64,000 bases of DNA from Octopus vulgaris. Taxonomy: Eukaryota. Below, piece by piece: positions 13,800-26,384 of this stretch (the first letter of the stretch is position 1; the number at the start of each line of letters is the position of its first letter). The notes below the pieces were generated by a model. That model was not told the origin of the DNA, made no database searches, and worked only from the letters and a program-made list of their open reading frames with translations. The stretch spans positions 53,878,001-53,942,000 of the forward strand of contig OX597828.1 in the NCBI GenBank assembly GCA_951406725.2. The letters are read 5' to 3'. The translations under genes were made by a program, and so were the position numbers.

Positions 13800-14052
13800 G
13801 GTATGTTTATGTGCGCGCGTGTATATATATATATATATATGTATGTATAAATATATGTATATATGAGTGTGTGTGTATATATATATGTATATATGTGTGC
13901 ATACATACACATATATATATATATGTATGTATGCACACATACATACATATATATATATACACACACACTCATATATACATATATTTATACATATATATAT
14001 ATATATATATTATACACACAAACGCACACAAACACATATATAGAAAAACACT

Positions 14053-14100
<48 letters not shown>

Positions 14101-14214
14101 TATATACACATACATACATATTTAAACGCACGTAACAGTCGTTCTGTTTGATTACGTCTATAAAATAATATCTTTTGAGTGTTTATGATTTGTATTTCTT
14201 TATTTGTATTTCTT

Positions 14215-14263
<49 letters not shown>

Positions 14264-14584
14264 ATGTAAATTTTATGCGTATCTCTTTACATCTGTCACG
14301 TGTTCAGTACAGCAAAGCTCACTGCACAGGCGCACTCTGTACAGCGTCACACTCTGTTATGGAATTGCCGTGTAGAAACAGTAAAAATCAGAAGAAAGAA
14401 AGAAACAAAGAAAAAAAGGAAAGAAACAAAGAAAGAAACAAAGAAAAAAAGGAAAGAAACAAAGAAACAAAGAAAGAAGGAAAGAAAAAGGAAAGAAAGA
14501 AAAAAAAAGGAAAAACACAAAGCTGATGGTTAAAGTGCCGGATATCGCTAGAGGCATGGCTTCTCTAAAGGAGCACGTAATAGA

Positions 14585-14633
<49 letters not shown>

Positions 14634-14764
14634 GCTGCTGCTGCTACTACCACTACTACTACTACTTTTTTCCTTTTTCTTTCATCGTGTAGATCTTTAT
14701 CCAAATTTTGAAATAATTTAGTGTGTGTAGTGTCATCCTGCTCCAACTGGACGCGAAACCTGAA

Positions 14765-15250
14765 CGGTCGTGTCCAGTGTACGCGACATCGATCATCGTC
14801 TTAACTTGAAGCACATCGGAAATGGTGATGATCAGCCAACTACGAAAGGGATAATTGGTTGTACGAAGAACAGGTATTGGCCTGCAGAAATCAGTAGGGG
14901 TGTCACTCGACGCTTGTTACTCGATAAGGAAAGCCCTATATAAGGTAGCAGTTTCTGATGTAGAGCCGATGGTTTGGGGGAAAATGCTAAGCATCTGGTT
15001 CAATCCAGACCTCCAGCTGGATAAGAAACTTGAAGGAAGTTGCAAGTAGGATGAAATATCACTCAGACTTGGCGGAGATGAAGTTCAGTTCGTGAAAGCT
15101 CGACTAGCATTAAATAATACGGACGTTGTTTCAGTGGTGCATCACCATCTCGACTTTGAACTTTCAACTGGCATCTGACCTGATCGAGCATCTGACCTGA
15201 TCAAGGCGCATGCCCAACTGATTCTCCGAAATTTTGGAAGTTCATCTGGC
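14765..15250 (+). mobile_element. L1/Tx1-like LINE RT remnant
   Basis: TGIGLQKSVGVSL, KMLSIWFNPDLQLDK and VKARLALNN resemble TGAKIN..KS, LGVWFG and LSLKGR motifs. Confidence 0.6.
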
Positions 15251-15298
15251 ATCAACAACTCTAAATAACAAGTCGCATATTTGTGTTGTTACGCTTCA

Positions 15299-15667
15299 TC
15301 TCTTTTACTCTTTTACTTGTTTCAGTCATTTGACTGCGGCCATGCTGGAGCACCGCCTTTAGTCGAGCAAATCGGCCCCAGGACTTATTCTTTGTAAGCC
15401 TAATACTTATTCTATCGATCTCTTTTACCGAACCAGCATCGGTTGTCAAGCGATGTTGGAGGGACAAACACAGACACACAAACACACATACATATACATA
15501 TATACGACAGGCTTCTTTCAGTTTCCGTCTACCAAATCCACTCACAAGGCATTGGTCGGCCCGGGGCTATAGCAGAAGACACTTGCCCAAGGTGCCACGC
15601 AGTGGGACTGAACCCGGAACCATGTGGTTGGTTAGCAAGCTACTTACCACACAGCCACTCCTGCGCC
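15299..15667 (-). mobile_element. SINE family A
   Basis: Full head GGCGCAGGAGTGGCTGTGTGGTAAG to tail GAAACAAGTAAAAGAGT; small internal deletion. Confidence 0.9.
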
Positions 15668-16038
15668 TAGAGTTACAGATATTAAATCCCTCGTTTATAT
15701 TCTACAAAGAATCGCCGTTCTTATAAGTGAACAGTAAATAACAAATTTGTTGGCGTATGCAAGGTTTCACCAAGATCCTACGAAGCATTAGTCGTAACTA
15801 GTACTTGAAAAAATTGTGTCTAAAAAGAAACATGTTAAGTAAGAGGTTTTAGTGCTTCCTTCTTGTAAGAGGATTGAAACCTCAGATTGATTTTTTAAAA
15901 AAGAAAAATCCAATCGGCGGGTGTTGGGTTTCGTCTCTCATTTATTCATTTTATTTCATTTTCGTTCATTAATGTGTTTGTCCAGCCCGCAAATCTACAC
16001 AATCTTTGTACTGTCTTTATGACGAATTTTATAAAGTA

Positions 16039-16187
16039 AAGTAGCTTGCTTGCCAACCACATGGTTCTGGGTTCATTCCCACTGTGTGGCACCTTGGGCA
16101 AGTGTCTTCTACTTTAGCCTCGGGCCGATCAAAGTCTTGTGAGTGGATTTGGTAGACGGAAACTGAAAGAAGCCCGTCGTATATATG

Positions 16188-16256
<69 letters not shown>

Positions 16257-16470
16257 ATGTTTGTGTGTCTGTGTTTGTCCCCCAACATCGCTTGACAACC
16301 GATGCTGGTGTGTTTACGCCCCCGTAACCTTGCGGTTCGGCAAAAACAGACCAATAGTATAAGTACTAGGCTTCCAAAGAATAAGTCCTGTGGTCGATTT
16401 GCTCGACTAAAGGCGGTGCTCCAGCATGGCCGCAGTCAAATGACTGAAATAAGTAAAAGAGTAAAAGAGT
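16039..16470 (+). mobile_element. SINE family A
   Basis: Collinear with 15299-15667; slightly 5'-truncated. Confidence 0.9.
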
Positions 16471-16474
16471 AAAT

Positions 16475-16720
16475 CCGAGTAAAGTCGAGAATTAGACGGA
16501 GTAATTCTGCATCAACGTAATAAAAAAAAATTCACCGAAAACGTTCTCTGAAGGGACACAAAGCAAAGACTGCCTTTAACAAAGTGTTGAAGTTCTGTAG
16601 TGGTATTGCACCATTCGACCAATATCCATTCTAAGCATTTTAGATATCTGTCCAATGTAAGAAGCATTAATCATATGCACAGCTTTCAAGCTCTTACCCG
16701 AACCATGAGAGGCATTGTGA
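16475..16720 (-). mobile_element. Possible PLE GIY-YIG remnant
   Basis: NASYIGQISKMLRMDI resembles YIGQT.R.L..RI; otherwise decayed. Confidence 0.35.
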
Positions 16721-17045
16721 CATAGCGAGTTACATAGAAGGGAAGGGATTTTCTTTTGCTAATCCCATTGCTAAGGTTCCGAGTTACTATTATTTTGTTT
16801 TTGTTTTAGTTTTTAAACTAAAATCCCTAAATCTCACGCTATGATTTTTTTTTCTCTCCCTAAATTCGCAGTGTTTGCCACACATAAACCTACCAGTGTC
16901 AAAGTAAGTGTCCCGAGCCTTTTTTTTTTCTTTCCTACAAACAACGGTTTTGGCGACGAAGAGATAAAGAGGTCGAAACAATGAGAAAACAGTTGGAGAC
17001 AAGAAACAATATCTGAGTGTAAGGATGTTCGCCCGTGCGTGTGTA

Positions 17046-17101
<56 letters not shown>

Positions 17102-17708
17102 TATGTTTGTAAGCATACCTCTGACTACTTGTGCATAGATATATATTTATGTGTGAGTGTGTACGTATTGATGTATAGATGGGTGCCTGTGATTCTGCGT
17201 AAGTATATGTATGTATGTATGTATATGCATTCATAGATTTATATATATGCGTGTACATATGTGTGTGTTTATGTGTGTGTGTGATTATGTGTGTGTGCGT
17301 GATTATGTGTGTTTGTGCGTACATGTAAAAGCATTATGTCCTCATCAAATATTAAAATATTAATAATAATGGATGAACCTCCCATGTGAATGTTTTATCC
17401 GTGTTGCATTTGTATTACGTTCTGAACTTTGACATTTGCTAGCCACATGCACTACGTCACAGAGTCACGTGTTTCCATATGCATGCGAGTGTGGGGTGAC
17501 TGTGCGTGCATGCGCGTGTGTGTGTGTGTGTGTGTGTGTGTGTATTTGAGCTTGCTCGTGCATCTATAAGATAAAAACAAAAAGATGAACATAGTTTAGA
17601 AAAGATACAGAAGCGAGATAACTTGCTGAATATTTAGAGATAGATAGGCTTACATATTAACGTGTGTGTGCACGCGAGTGTGTGTGTGCGTGTGTGTGTG
17701 TGTGTACG

Positions 17709-17752
<44 letters not shown>

Positions 17753-18460
17753 CGTGTGTGTGTGTATGTGTGCGTGTGTGTATGCGTGTTTGTATATGTG
17801 GGCATATGTATTTGATCGTTGAAATAAATCTCCACAATATGGGAAACAAGAACTCAATACCGGATTTTTAAGGAAACAAAGTATGGCATAGAAATTTTTA
17901 TTTTTGCTGAAGGCAGATTTGCTGATCATTGGTTCCTCATTTCATCTCTCCATCTTGCGAATATATGCGTTTATGTGTCGACATATATGCATATTTATAT
18001 ATACTAAGAGACGGAGGGACAGAGAGAGAGAGAGAGAGAGGGGGTGGATAGGAGACATAGATACATATATAAATACAGATATATGTACATGCGTGTGCGT
18101 GTGTACAAACACACAGACACACATATACACACGCACACATAAATACATATATATATGTATGTATACATACATATATATAATATGTATAATAAAGTATATA
18201 TATAATATAATTTACATATATAATATATATGAAAAAGTGCATCAAATACTACGAAATGTACAGGTAGGACAGACACAAGGACCCTAATTATTCCTCAGTT
18301 ATCGACCAAAAATACTAGTACACAGCTTCGTGCTTTTAACGATAAGACTGGGAACTTCGTATATCGGTGCCACCCGCAAGATTTGCGTAGAATCAAGGGC
18401 TCGAGCAGACATAGACGAAGACAATAAATAAAGTCTTTCGGCCAAACACGAGAGTGATGG

Positions 18461-18503
<43 letters not shown>

Positions 18504-18547
18504 GTAGCATGGAAATCTAGATTTACTTACGGGGACAGCAAATGAGT

Positions 18548-18670
18548 ATCACCTGAGGCGATACATATAGATTTTCTTATACAGGTAAATCGATACATAA
18601 TTTAATTTAAACATAACTTCAAAATCCTGTATATACGAGGATCTGTATTTATCGAAACATTTGTAGTGAT
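18548..18670 (+). ncRNA. Type I hammerhead ribozyme motif with long stem II (A9 changed to C)
   Basis: ATCAC CTGAGGC [GATACATATAGATTTTC..TATACAGG/CCTGTATA..GAGGATCTGTATTTATC] GAAAC ATTT GTA GTGAT. Confidence 0.7.
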
Positions 18671-18727
18671 GAAAAAGCTGCCTGACCGTATTTACTCTTC
18701 ATTTTGACTCTTTTACTTTTTACTTTT

Positions 18728-18820
<93 letters not shown>

Positions 18821-19348
18821 TGTTAGTAAGAACTCGCGTGTTCTAGTGAGAGCCAAATATCATGAACAACACAAGGGTTCATGTGTTCATGTGAACTACT
18901 TCAAGTTTCATGCTCGGATAGATCGTATCATGTAGCCCACTTTACTCGATTTGGCAATCCTTCTAGCGCAAAGAACACAGAAATACAGAGGATAAAAAAA
19001 CAGAAGTGCAAGAAAGCGTTACAGGACAAAGGGATTACTCTGTTTATGTTATGACCCTTTAATCTGTTAAATGAAAAATATTGTTTGGTATGAATGTTTA
19101 ACGTGTCTTTTACTAGGTGTTGTCCTCTAAAATAAAATATGTTTTGTGTAGTTGTCGAATGGGGGTAAGACTAAACTGCGCTAATCTCTGTGTTTAAATC
19201 TAGAGAGCAGGGGCGTTTTCCAGTTCAATAAGAACACCTAGATACAAAAACGAAGCTGTGTCTATGGTATTGAAATACATCTCAATGGCCATTCTGAGTT
19301 TCTCTCAGCTCATTTTTGTTTAATCTATGCAAATTGCCTCGACCATAA

Positions 19349-20345
19349 ATGTGTTCGCTTTTATTCCTGTATATGTCCATATCTCTTGGCTGCTGGAGAA
19401 ATGGTTCAACAATTGCCATGCTGATGACACTTGAAATCCTTAACATCGAATATGTACGGGAGATCAATTATGACGTCGAAGAAATGGTAGCGTTTGTGGC
19501 TGATAATGAACACAAAATGAACGAGGATCAAAAAATTGCCTTCCAATCCATTATTTCATTCACTCATAATAGCGAGACTGGTAATCTCTTCTTTCACAAT
19601 TCTCCAGGTGGAACTGGCAAACCATTCATTATCAATCTTATTTCGGCGAAGCTGCGACAAAATAAACAGAAAGCCCTTGCCGTGATATCAAGTGAAATAG
19701 CTGCAACTCTGTTCAACGGTGGACGCACAGCTCATTCGGGCTTCAAATTGCCTCTGGACATTGCAAAAAAAGACATAGCAACCTGCAATATTAATCGTGG
19801 CACTACAAAAGCAAAAATATTCACCGAGTGCAAATTGATCATTTGGGATGAAGAGACAATGAGTCAGAAGGGGGCTTTTGAGGTTCTTGACAGATTACTT
19901 CAAGATCTGAGGCGCAACTCAAGGCTTATAATGGTCGGCCTAACAGAACTCCTTGCAGGCGACTTTCGACAAACGCTCCCAGTCATTCCAAAGGGAACGA
20001 GAGCAAGGTTAGAAAGTTGAATCTCACAACAAACATGAGAGTGTAGTTAGGTGGTGATGCGCACATCATAGATACCTTCTGCTGTCAATTAATGTATATT
20101 GGAAATGGTGCTGTAATTGTTGATCCGGATAGGAAGATTAGTTTTCCCTTTGGCAATTTGGTGTCAAATATACACTAACTATTGGCGAGAGTTTTCCCCA
20201 GTCTGAACACACAATTCACAGACCATTGTTGGCTGAGAAAACGTGCAATTTTGGCGCCAAAAAATGTCGCAGTCGATGGCATAAACAATGACCTTCTGGA
20301 ACAACTGCCTGGCGATCGTCGAACATATTTTATCCGTGCTTGATC
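19349..20345 (+). mobile_element. Helitron Pif1-family helicase remnant (pseudogenised)
   Basis: PGGTGK, GGRTAHS.FKLP, LIIWDE, LAGDFRQTLPVIP in ORF 19349-20020; continues out of frame as LTTNMRV*, IGNG, WLRKRAILAPKN. Confidence 0.9.
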
Positions 20346-20644
20346 TGTGACTACACAACAAAAAACAGCCGTGAGAAATCTAAGAAGAAACACGACAACA
20401 ACCACGACAAGATAATTATAACAAGATCTGACACACAACAATAAACAACAACAAAGATAAAGAAAAAACAAGATTAGAGCATTAACACTGAAGGAACAAC
20501 ATCAGCAACAACAATAGTTGCAGCAACAACAATATCAATAGCAACAAGGAAAAAGTACGGCAGCAACAACGTAAAAAATGTAAAAAAAAAAAAAAAACGA
20601 TGCCAAAACATCATCAACAACAAGAATACAGAACCAACAACAAC

Positions 20645-20887
20645 AGAAGAAGAAGAAGAAGAAGAAGAAGAAGAAGAAGAAGAAGAAGAAGAAGAAGAAG
20701 AAGAAGAAGAAGAAGAAGAAGAAGAAGAAGAATGAGGAGGAGGAAGAAGAAGAAGAAGAAGAAGAAGAAGAAGAAGAGGAGGAGGAGGAAGAAGAAGAAG
20801 AAGAAGAGGAGGAGGAGGAGGAGGAAGAGGAAGAAGAAGAAGAAGAAGAAGAAGAAGAAGAAGAAGAAGAAGAAGAAGAAGAAGAAG

Positions 20888-20918
<31 letters not shown>

Positions 20919-21014
20919 TCCTCTCCATTCACGATACAGTCTTCGTAGTTTACAAATCTGTAACAGGTTTCTCTCTTAAAAAACAAATGTGACTTTATAA
21001 TTCCTGCAGCGATG

Positions 21015-21080
<66 letters not shown>
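20645..21080. repeat. (GAA/GAG)n and (AAT)n microsatellites
   Basis: Direct reading. Confidence 0.95.
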
Positions 21081-21081
<1 letters not shown>

Positions 21082-21262
21082 TGATGAGGAAGATGGTGAT
21101 GATAATTAAGCTGGTTTCTTTTTCGTTTGTTTGTTGTTTGCTTTTGTACTTGTTTGGTATTTGAGTCAAAGTGGAAATGGAAACTAAAAGCGATTTTGCT
21201 TTGAAGACGAATTGACTAGCAAGAAATTATACATCCAATACCCACATATATGTAAATACATA

Positions 21263-21559
<297 letters not shown>

Positions 21560-22494
21560 AGCGTACATACACACACACATTCCTACGTACTGACTGGAAG
21601 ACAGACGTAATTACCTATATACATACGTGTCTACATATATGCCGAGATAATTATAAACAGAATACACACAGCAAGACAAAATTACATGCATGCGTAATTA
21701 TAAGCGTAATCAACACTTTATATACACTAGTCTGTGTGCATACACAAATAATTATATACAAGAAAGCAACACTTTATACACATTCGTTTCAATGTGTCTC
21801 GCGAAAACTAAATATATTTCTCCAGACACAATTGTACAACTAAAATAATGTTAAAGAAAATAAACTTCAAGCTGTAAATTAAAACTTTATCACATTTATA
21901 ATTTGACGGAGCTTTAAAAAGCAATTTTATTGTTAATCTAAAATAGTTGAGAAAAAAAAAAGAGGCAATCGTGGCCATCACTACTTTCAGGAATTTCTAC
22001 AATGGTCTCCGAGTAAGGCACAGGGGCAGCATTTTTGCTTTTAGGAGAAGAGTTTAGATGATACAATCGCCCCTAATAGTACCCAATACTTTACTTTATG
22101 AACCCCGGAGGAATGAAAGGTATAGTCGTTCCCATCGAGATTTGAAATCAGATCGTAAAGGACCAGAAGAAATAATGCCAATCATTTTTACAACGCTCTA
22201 ATGATTCTGCCATTTCGCGTCAGTTTAAAATCATTATTTCCAATTTACGCAAGTAGCCAGCAGTTTTGAGGGGAGGGGGTTGATATCATCGACTCCAGTA
22301 CTAGATTCGCACTTTATTTTACCAACTCGGAGAGATAAGCGGCTTAGTTGGCCAATGCGCAAAAGTGTTGCCCCAAATATAACGTGGAATTGCCCAAAAT
22401 ATAACGTGGACTTAGCAAAGAGTAGCTTTGCTGATAACTTAGCATATACGACCGATCCCCATCTCTAAATCTAAAGAGATATAGTTAGAGAGAG

Positions 22495-22887
22495 GCAATC
22501 TGGTTTAATTCTCTATGCAACCAAGTTTTTTACTAACATAGCTAAGAGCAACATGATGGTAATAGAAAATTCCTTAGAAACCTTATATATCATAAACTCT
22601 TAGATACCTATAATGTCAAAGTTAGCTACTCATGCTTAAATAGTATCTCTTTCAGCACTGCACACAACAAAAGAAAACAGTCACCATCCGACACTTTATC
22701 AATGACCATTGGGACGATCGTGCCTCGCAAAGACAGTGGTCTACAGAGCCACTCTCACACTATCATGAGACACTTCACGGGTATGACTGTCAATGTATTT
22801 AAGGGAAGATTCACGCAACACATGCACTCGTTTAGTTGTCCAGACACCTTCCTGCCCTGCTTCATCTGGAGGATCGAAGACCATTAA
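22495..22887 (+). mobile_element. Penelope-like element remnant (linker, zinc-finger-like segment and GIY-YIG)
   Basis: AIWFNS..HKLLDTYNVKVSYSCLN..*PLGRSCLAKTVVYRAT..HFTGMTVNVFKGRFTQHMHSF..CFIWRI. Confidence 0.8.
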
Positions 22888-23089
22888 AACAACTTCCCCA
22901 ACATTACATAGAGCGGTGTTTCCCAAAGTAGGTAGGACTGCCCCACCCCAGAAGCGGTGGAAAGATTCAAGGAGGCGTTGAAGAAAAGTGGGGCGATAAT
23001 AGAGTGGCCAAAAAGGGAGGATGGATATAGAAAAAAAATAATAATAGGTTGATTAGTTTGTTTTATATGTGAAATACAGTTGTTTTGAA

Positions 23090-23714
23090 CATTATTTACA
23101 TTTGACGGATATTTGTCCTCGTCTTGTTTGTTGTTAACACGTTTCGGCTGCTTGTAATTGTCAACTCTGCTTCCGTGAAGAACTGCATGTCACCCATCAA
23201 TCTGCAGAATCCATCAAAAGGAGTAGCGATGTATTTTATTGTCTCTACAAGAGTTATACCCAGTCGATGAACTTCAAGCCATTGGATGCTGATAATCTGA
23301 TACCACTCTAACCTCAGCCTTCATTAGGTTCTCATTCCTAAGGTATTTTTCGATGTTATTATTATTATTATTATTCAGGTCACTGCCTGGAATCGAACTC
23401 GGAATCTTGGGTTAGTGGCCCACGCACTTAACCACTACGCCATATGCCCATGTCCACGGGCATATGGCGTAGTGGTTAAGAGCGCAGGCTACTAACCCCA
23501 AGATTCCGAGTTCGATTCCAGGCAGTGACCTTAATAATAATAATAACATCGAAAAATACCTTAGGAATGAGAACCGAGGTTCGAAATTTCCCCCAAGACA
23601 CCTGATGAAGGCTGGAGGGTATATCAGCTGAAACGTTCAGTTAACAACAAAGATGAGGACAAATATCCGTCAAATGTAAATAATGCACATAATTCCTCAT
23701 CTCTTAAATACAGA
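23090..23714. mobile_element. Head-to-head palindromic tRNA-head/hammerhead element
   Basis: 14-bp TSD ACAGTTGTTTTGAA (23076-23089, 23715-23728); arms meet at a 2-nt spacer (23453-23454); A box 23465-23475, B box 23508-23519; HHR core 23602-23637. Confidence 0.88.
23596..23642 (+). ncRNA. Minimal type I hammerhead motif (stem I 3' strand decayed)
   Basis: GACAC CTGATGA A GGCTG GAGGGTATAT CAGCT GAAAC GTT; palindromic ACGT stem III. Confidence 0.65.
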
Positions 23715-23997
23715 ACAGTTGTTTTGAATTTGCTACAGGAAGTGGTCTATGTTTGTGGAGGTGAGTTGGAGAGGGAACACTAGGGATGTGGCCTGGGTGC
23801 TAAGGGGTAGGTAGCCTGAAGAAGTTTGGGAAACACTGAAATAGGCCATTCTTGACAAGCCCCCTTCCTTACTCACCTGGTGCTTGTAATTGTCAACTCT
23901 GCTTCCGTGAAGAACTGCATGTCATCCATCAGTCTGCGGAATCCATCAAGAGGGGTAGCGATGTATTTTATTGTCGCTACAAGAGTTATACCCAGTT

Positions 23998-24306
23998 TTT
24001 GTTTGTTTGTTCCTTCTCGATCGACGCATGGCTCATAAGGGCCGGTTTCCCGGTTTCATGGCGTATAGGTTTCCCACCTGGACGGGACGCCGGTCCGTCG
24101 CAGGTGAGCTGCAAGATGCAGGAGGAAAGAGTGAGAGAAAGTTGTGGCGAAAGAGTCAGCAGAAGTTCGCCATTACCTTCTGCTGGAGCCGCGTGGAGCT
24201 TAGGTGTTTTCGCTCATAAACACACACATCGCACGGTCTGCGATTCGAACCCGCGATCCCTCGACCGCGAGTCTGCTGCTCTAACCACTAGGCCATGTGC
24301 CTCCAC
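23998..24306 (-). mobile_element. SINE family C, tail X
   Basis: A box TGGCCTAGTGG, B box GGTTCGAATCG; (CAAA)n tail; 12-bp TSD TTATACCCAGTT (23986-23997, 24307-24318). Confidence 0.9.
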
Positions 24307-24944
24307 TTATACCCAGTTGATGAACTTCAAGCCATTGGATGCTGATAATCGGATACCACTCTAACCCCACCTGACTCACGTACAATGACAGAGCATAGAA
24401 TTCCTGGTGGCTGCAGAGATTATAGCTTACCATCACTCACGGTTGTTACACAAATTCATATGTAAGCTGATGCTATCAAATGAGTCACCTCATCTTGAGG
24501 TAATTGCTAATGCCAAAATTTTGTCTGCTCTATTGCATTTGGCATCCAATGAAGAAAAGTTGATGCCATAGAAATATCATATTCCTCAGAACGCTAAGTG
24601 ATGCCAACATAGCGGCGCTCCACCATGTGGGGCTTCTGACCAAAGAAATGATATCATTATGATAACAAAAACTATCATGATTTGAAATGACCAATGAAGC
24701 TGAGTCAAATTGCCACGAGGGCAAAACCCTGTGAGTGGATTTGGTAGATGGAAACTATAAGAAGTCTGTTATGGACACATTGAAGTATCTACCCGCTAGA
24801 AATAAAGAGTTACAACCCCTCACTTGGACCACCTAAAATTACACTGAAAATAACAGATACAACAGTATACGGGTGAGTGAACTGAAAAAGATGTCTCATA
24901 TAGCATTATAGCATAAAGCTATATATTTAATGGAACAGGTATAT

Positions 24945-24995
24945 ATGTGGACCGGTTTCTGGTTTGACACAAAGTTCTTACCTTACTCAGCACAT
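24945..24995 (-). ncRNA. Degenerate type I hammerhead motif
   Basis: Minus strand ATGTG CTGAGTA AGGT..ACCA GAAAC CG GTC CACAT; stem I perfect, stem III palindromic, G8 mutated. Confidence 0.6.
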
Positions 24996-25100
24996 CTTAA
25001 CCCTTAGAAATATCTTCCCAGTCCGCCACGTTGAAATCTGCTGGTGTCCTTAAATGCTTAGCGCCAAAATGTGGACAACCTCAGTGTGAAAAGTACTAAG

Positions 25101-25211
25101 CAGCAGCAAAAGTATCCAGAATTGAATATTTATATAGACATTAATATTGCTATTGTTAATAACAATATTAATATCTATATAAATATTCAATTCTGAATAT
25201 TTTTGCTGCTG
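25101..25211. repeat. Near-perfect palindrome, 54-bp arms, 3-nt loop
   Basis: CAGCAGCAAAAGTATCCAGAATTGAATATTTATATAGAC.. versus ..TCTATATAAATATTCAATTCTGAATATTTTTGCTGCTG. Confidence 0.9.
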
Positions 25212-25227
25212 ATTATATATATATATA

Positions 25228-25604
25228 CATTGCCGTCAGAAATTAATTAGCACCCTTGATTTGCTCTTCACTCAAGGTATGTGCTGTCACCTAGTGGCCA
25301 TATCTCGAACTATTGCTTTGTTGCGAGTTCACTGTTGCGCAGAACGATGACGTAACTTTGTTTGCAGAGCAGTTTGAGAGTCTACACCCTTATGATGTTG
25401 ACATAGCAGTGCAACAACTTAGAGTGCGGATGCAGACAAATCTTCCTTTGTTTAATAGATATAGGTAGCGCCTCGCAAGGACCGAAATCACACCATACTA
25501 AGTTTTCTCATCGCGTAAGACGTTTTGAACAGCTCATAGGTTAATTGATTTAACCTATTTAATGTAGAAATTTGAGAAGTGCTAATTAATTTCTGACGCA
25601 AGTG
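25228..25604. mobile_element. Tc1/mariner-type MITE
   Basis: 26-bp TIRs CATTGCCGTCAGAAATTAATTAGCAC / GTGCTAATTAATTTCTGACGCAAGTG; TA flanks. Confidence 0.85.
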
Positions 25605-25622
25605 TATATATATATATATATA

Positions 25623-25840
25623 TGTGGTCTGATCAATAAGTATCCGGACTGTTGCTATAGTAACAAATCTAAAGCACGCACAGTAAAGCCACTTGGTACA
25701 GAATGACCTTGGACTCTGCTGTGCATGTGCACTAAGTTTCAACGTTCTAGCTCACTTCCACTGTTTACAGCAGTGATTGGAAGGAAGGTGTGTAGCGTGC
25801 GATCGTCACATTGACCATGACAGAGAAAGCTAAGAGAGAG
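25623..25840 (+). mobile_element. Mariner 5' end fragment
   Basis: TA-TGTGGTCTGATCAATAAGTATCCGGACT TIR-like start; ATG at 25817 (MTEK..). Confidence 0.6.
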
Positions 25841-26084
25841 AGAAAGGTTCCAGTTTGATTTGGCTTGGTTTCTACAGCTGAATGCCCTTCCAAACGACAA
25901 CCACTTCACACAGGTGCTGTTATGAGTCACTGGCACTGATGGTTTTTTTTTTACATGACACCAGCAGAGGGCTCTGCCATACAAGAGAGTATCACAATGT
26001 TAGTGACATGCAAGAATCTATCACAGTGTTACTGATATACATGTATGCACCAAGCAGTTACGAAGTGAACTCCTTTATGAAAAT

Positions 26085-26268
26085 CATCATCGTTTAACGT
26101 CCGCTTTCCATGCTAGCATGGGTTGGACGATTTGACTGAGAACTGGCGAACCAGATGGCTGCACCAGGCTCCAATCTGATCTGGCAGAGTTTCTATAGCT
26201 GGATGCCCTTCCTAACGCCAACCACTCCAAGAGCATAGTGGGTGCTTTTATGTGCCACCAGCACGAGT
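26085..26268 (-). mobile_element. SINE-like family E 3' part
   Basis: GGTTGGCGTTAGGAAGGGCATCCAGC..GGACGTTAAACGATGATG; relatives at about 25845-25960, 30255-30420, 30455-30780 and 41050-41230. Confidence 0.75.
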
Positions 26269-26384
26269 ATAATTCTATTTTATTTTTCCTGCTAACCTAG
26301 AGCTGTATAGTTGTAGCTAGTCCACTGGTCAAACCAAAGTATTTCCAACCATTGCCATGTTGGCACTAGTGAATAAAATTAATA

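Larger units (their letters stand above)
22914..23838. mobile_element. hAT-type MITE, interrupted by the 23090-23714 insertion
   Basis: TIRs CGGTGTTTCCCAAAGT (22914-22929) and AGTTTGGGAAACACTG (23823-23838), 14/16 match; 8-bp flanks only 5/8 identical. Confidence 0.75.

Noticed and set aside
23458-23530. Possible tRNA gene (ACT anticodon)
   Set aside because: Acceptor and T stems pair poorly, no terminator follows, and it is part of a repeated mobile unit; treated as a SINE head
23850-24720. Old RTE-like remnant on the minus strand
   Set aside because: Hints only (FCYHNDIIS, degenerate RLRWVGH); too decayed to call
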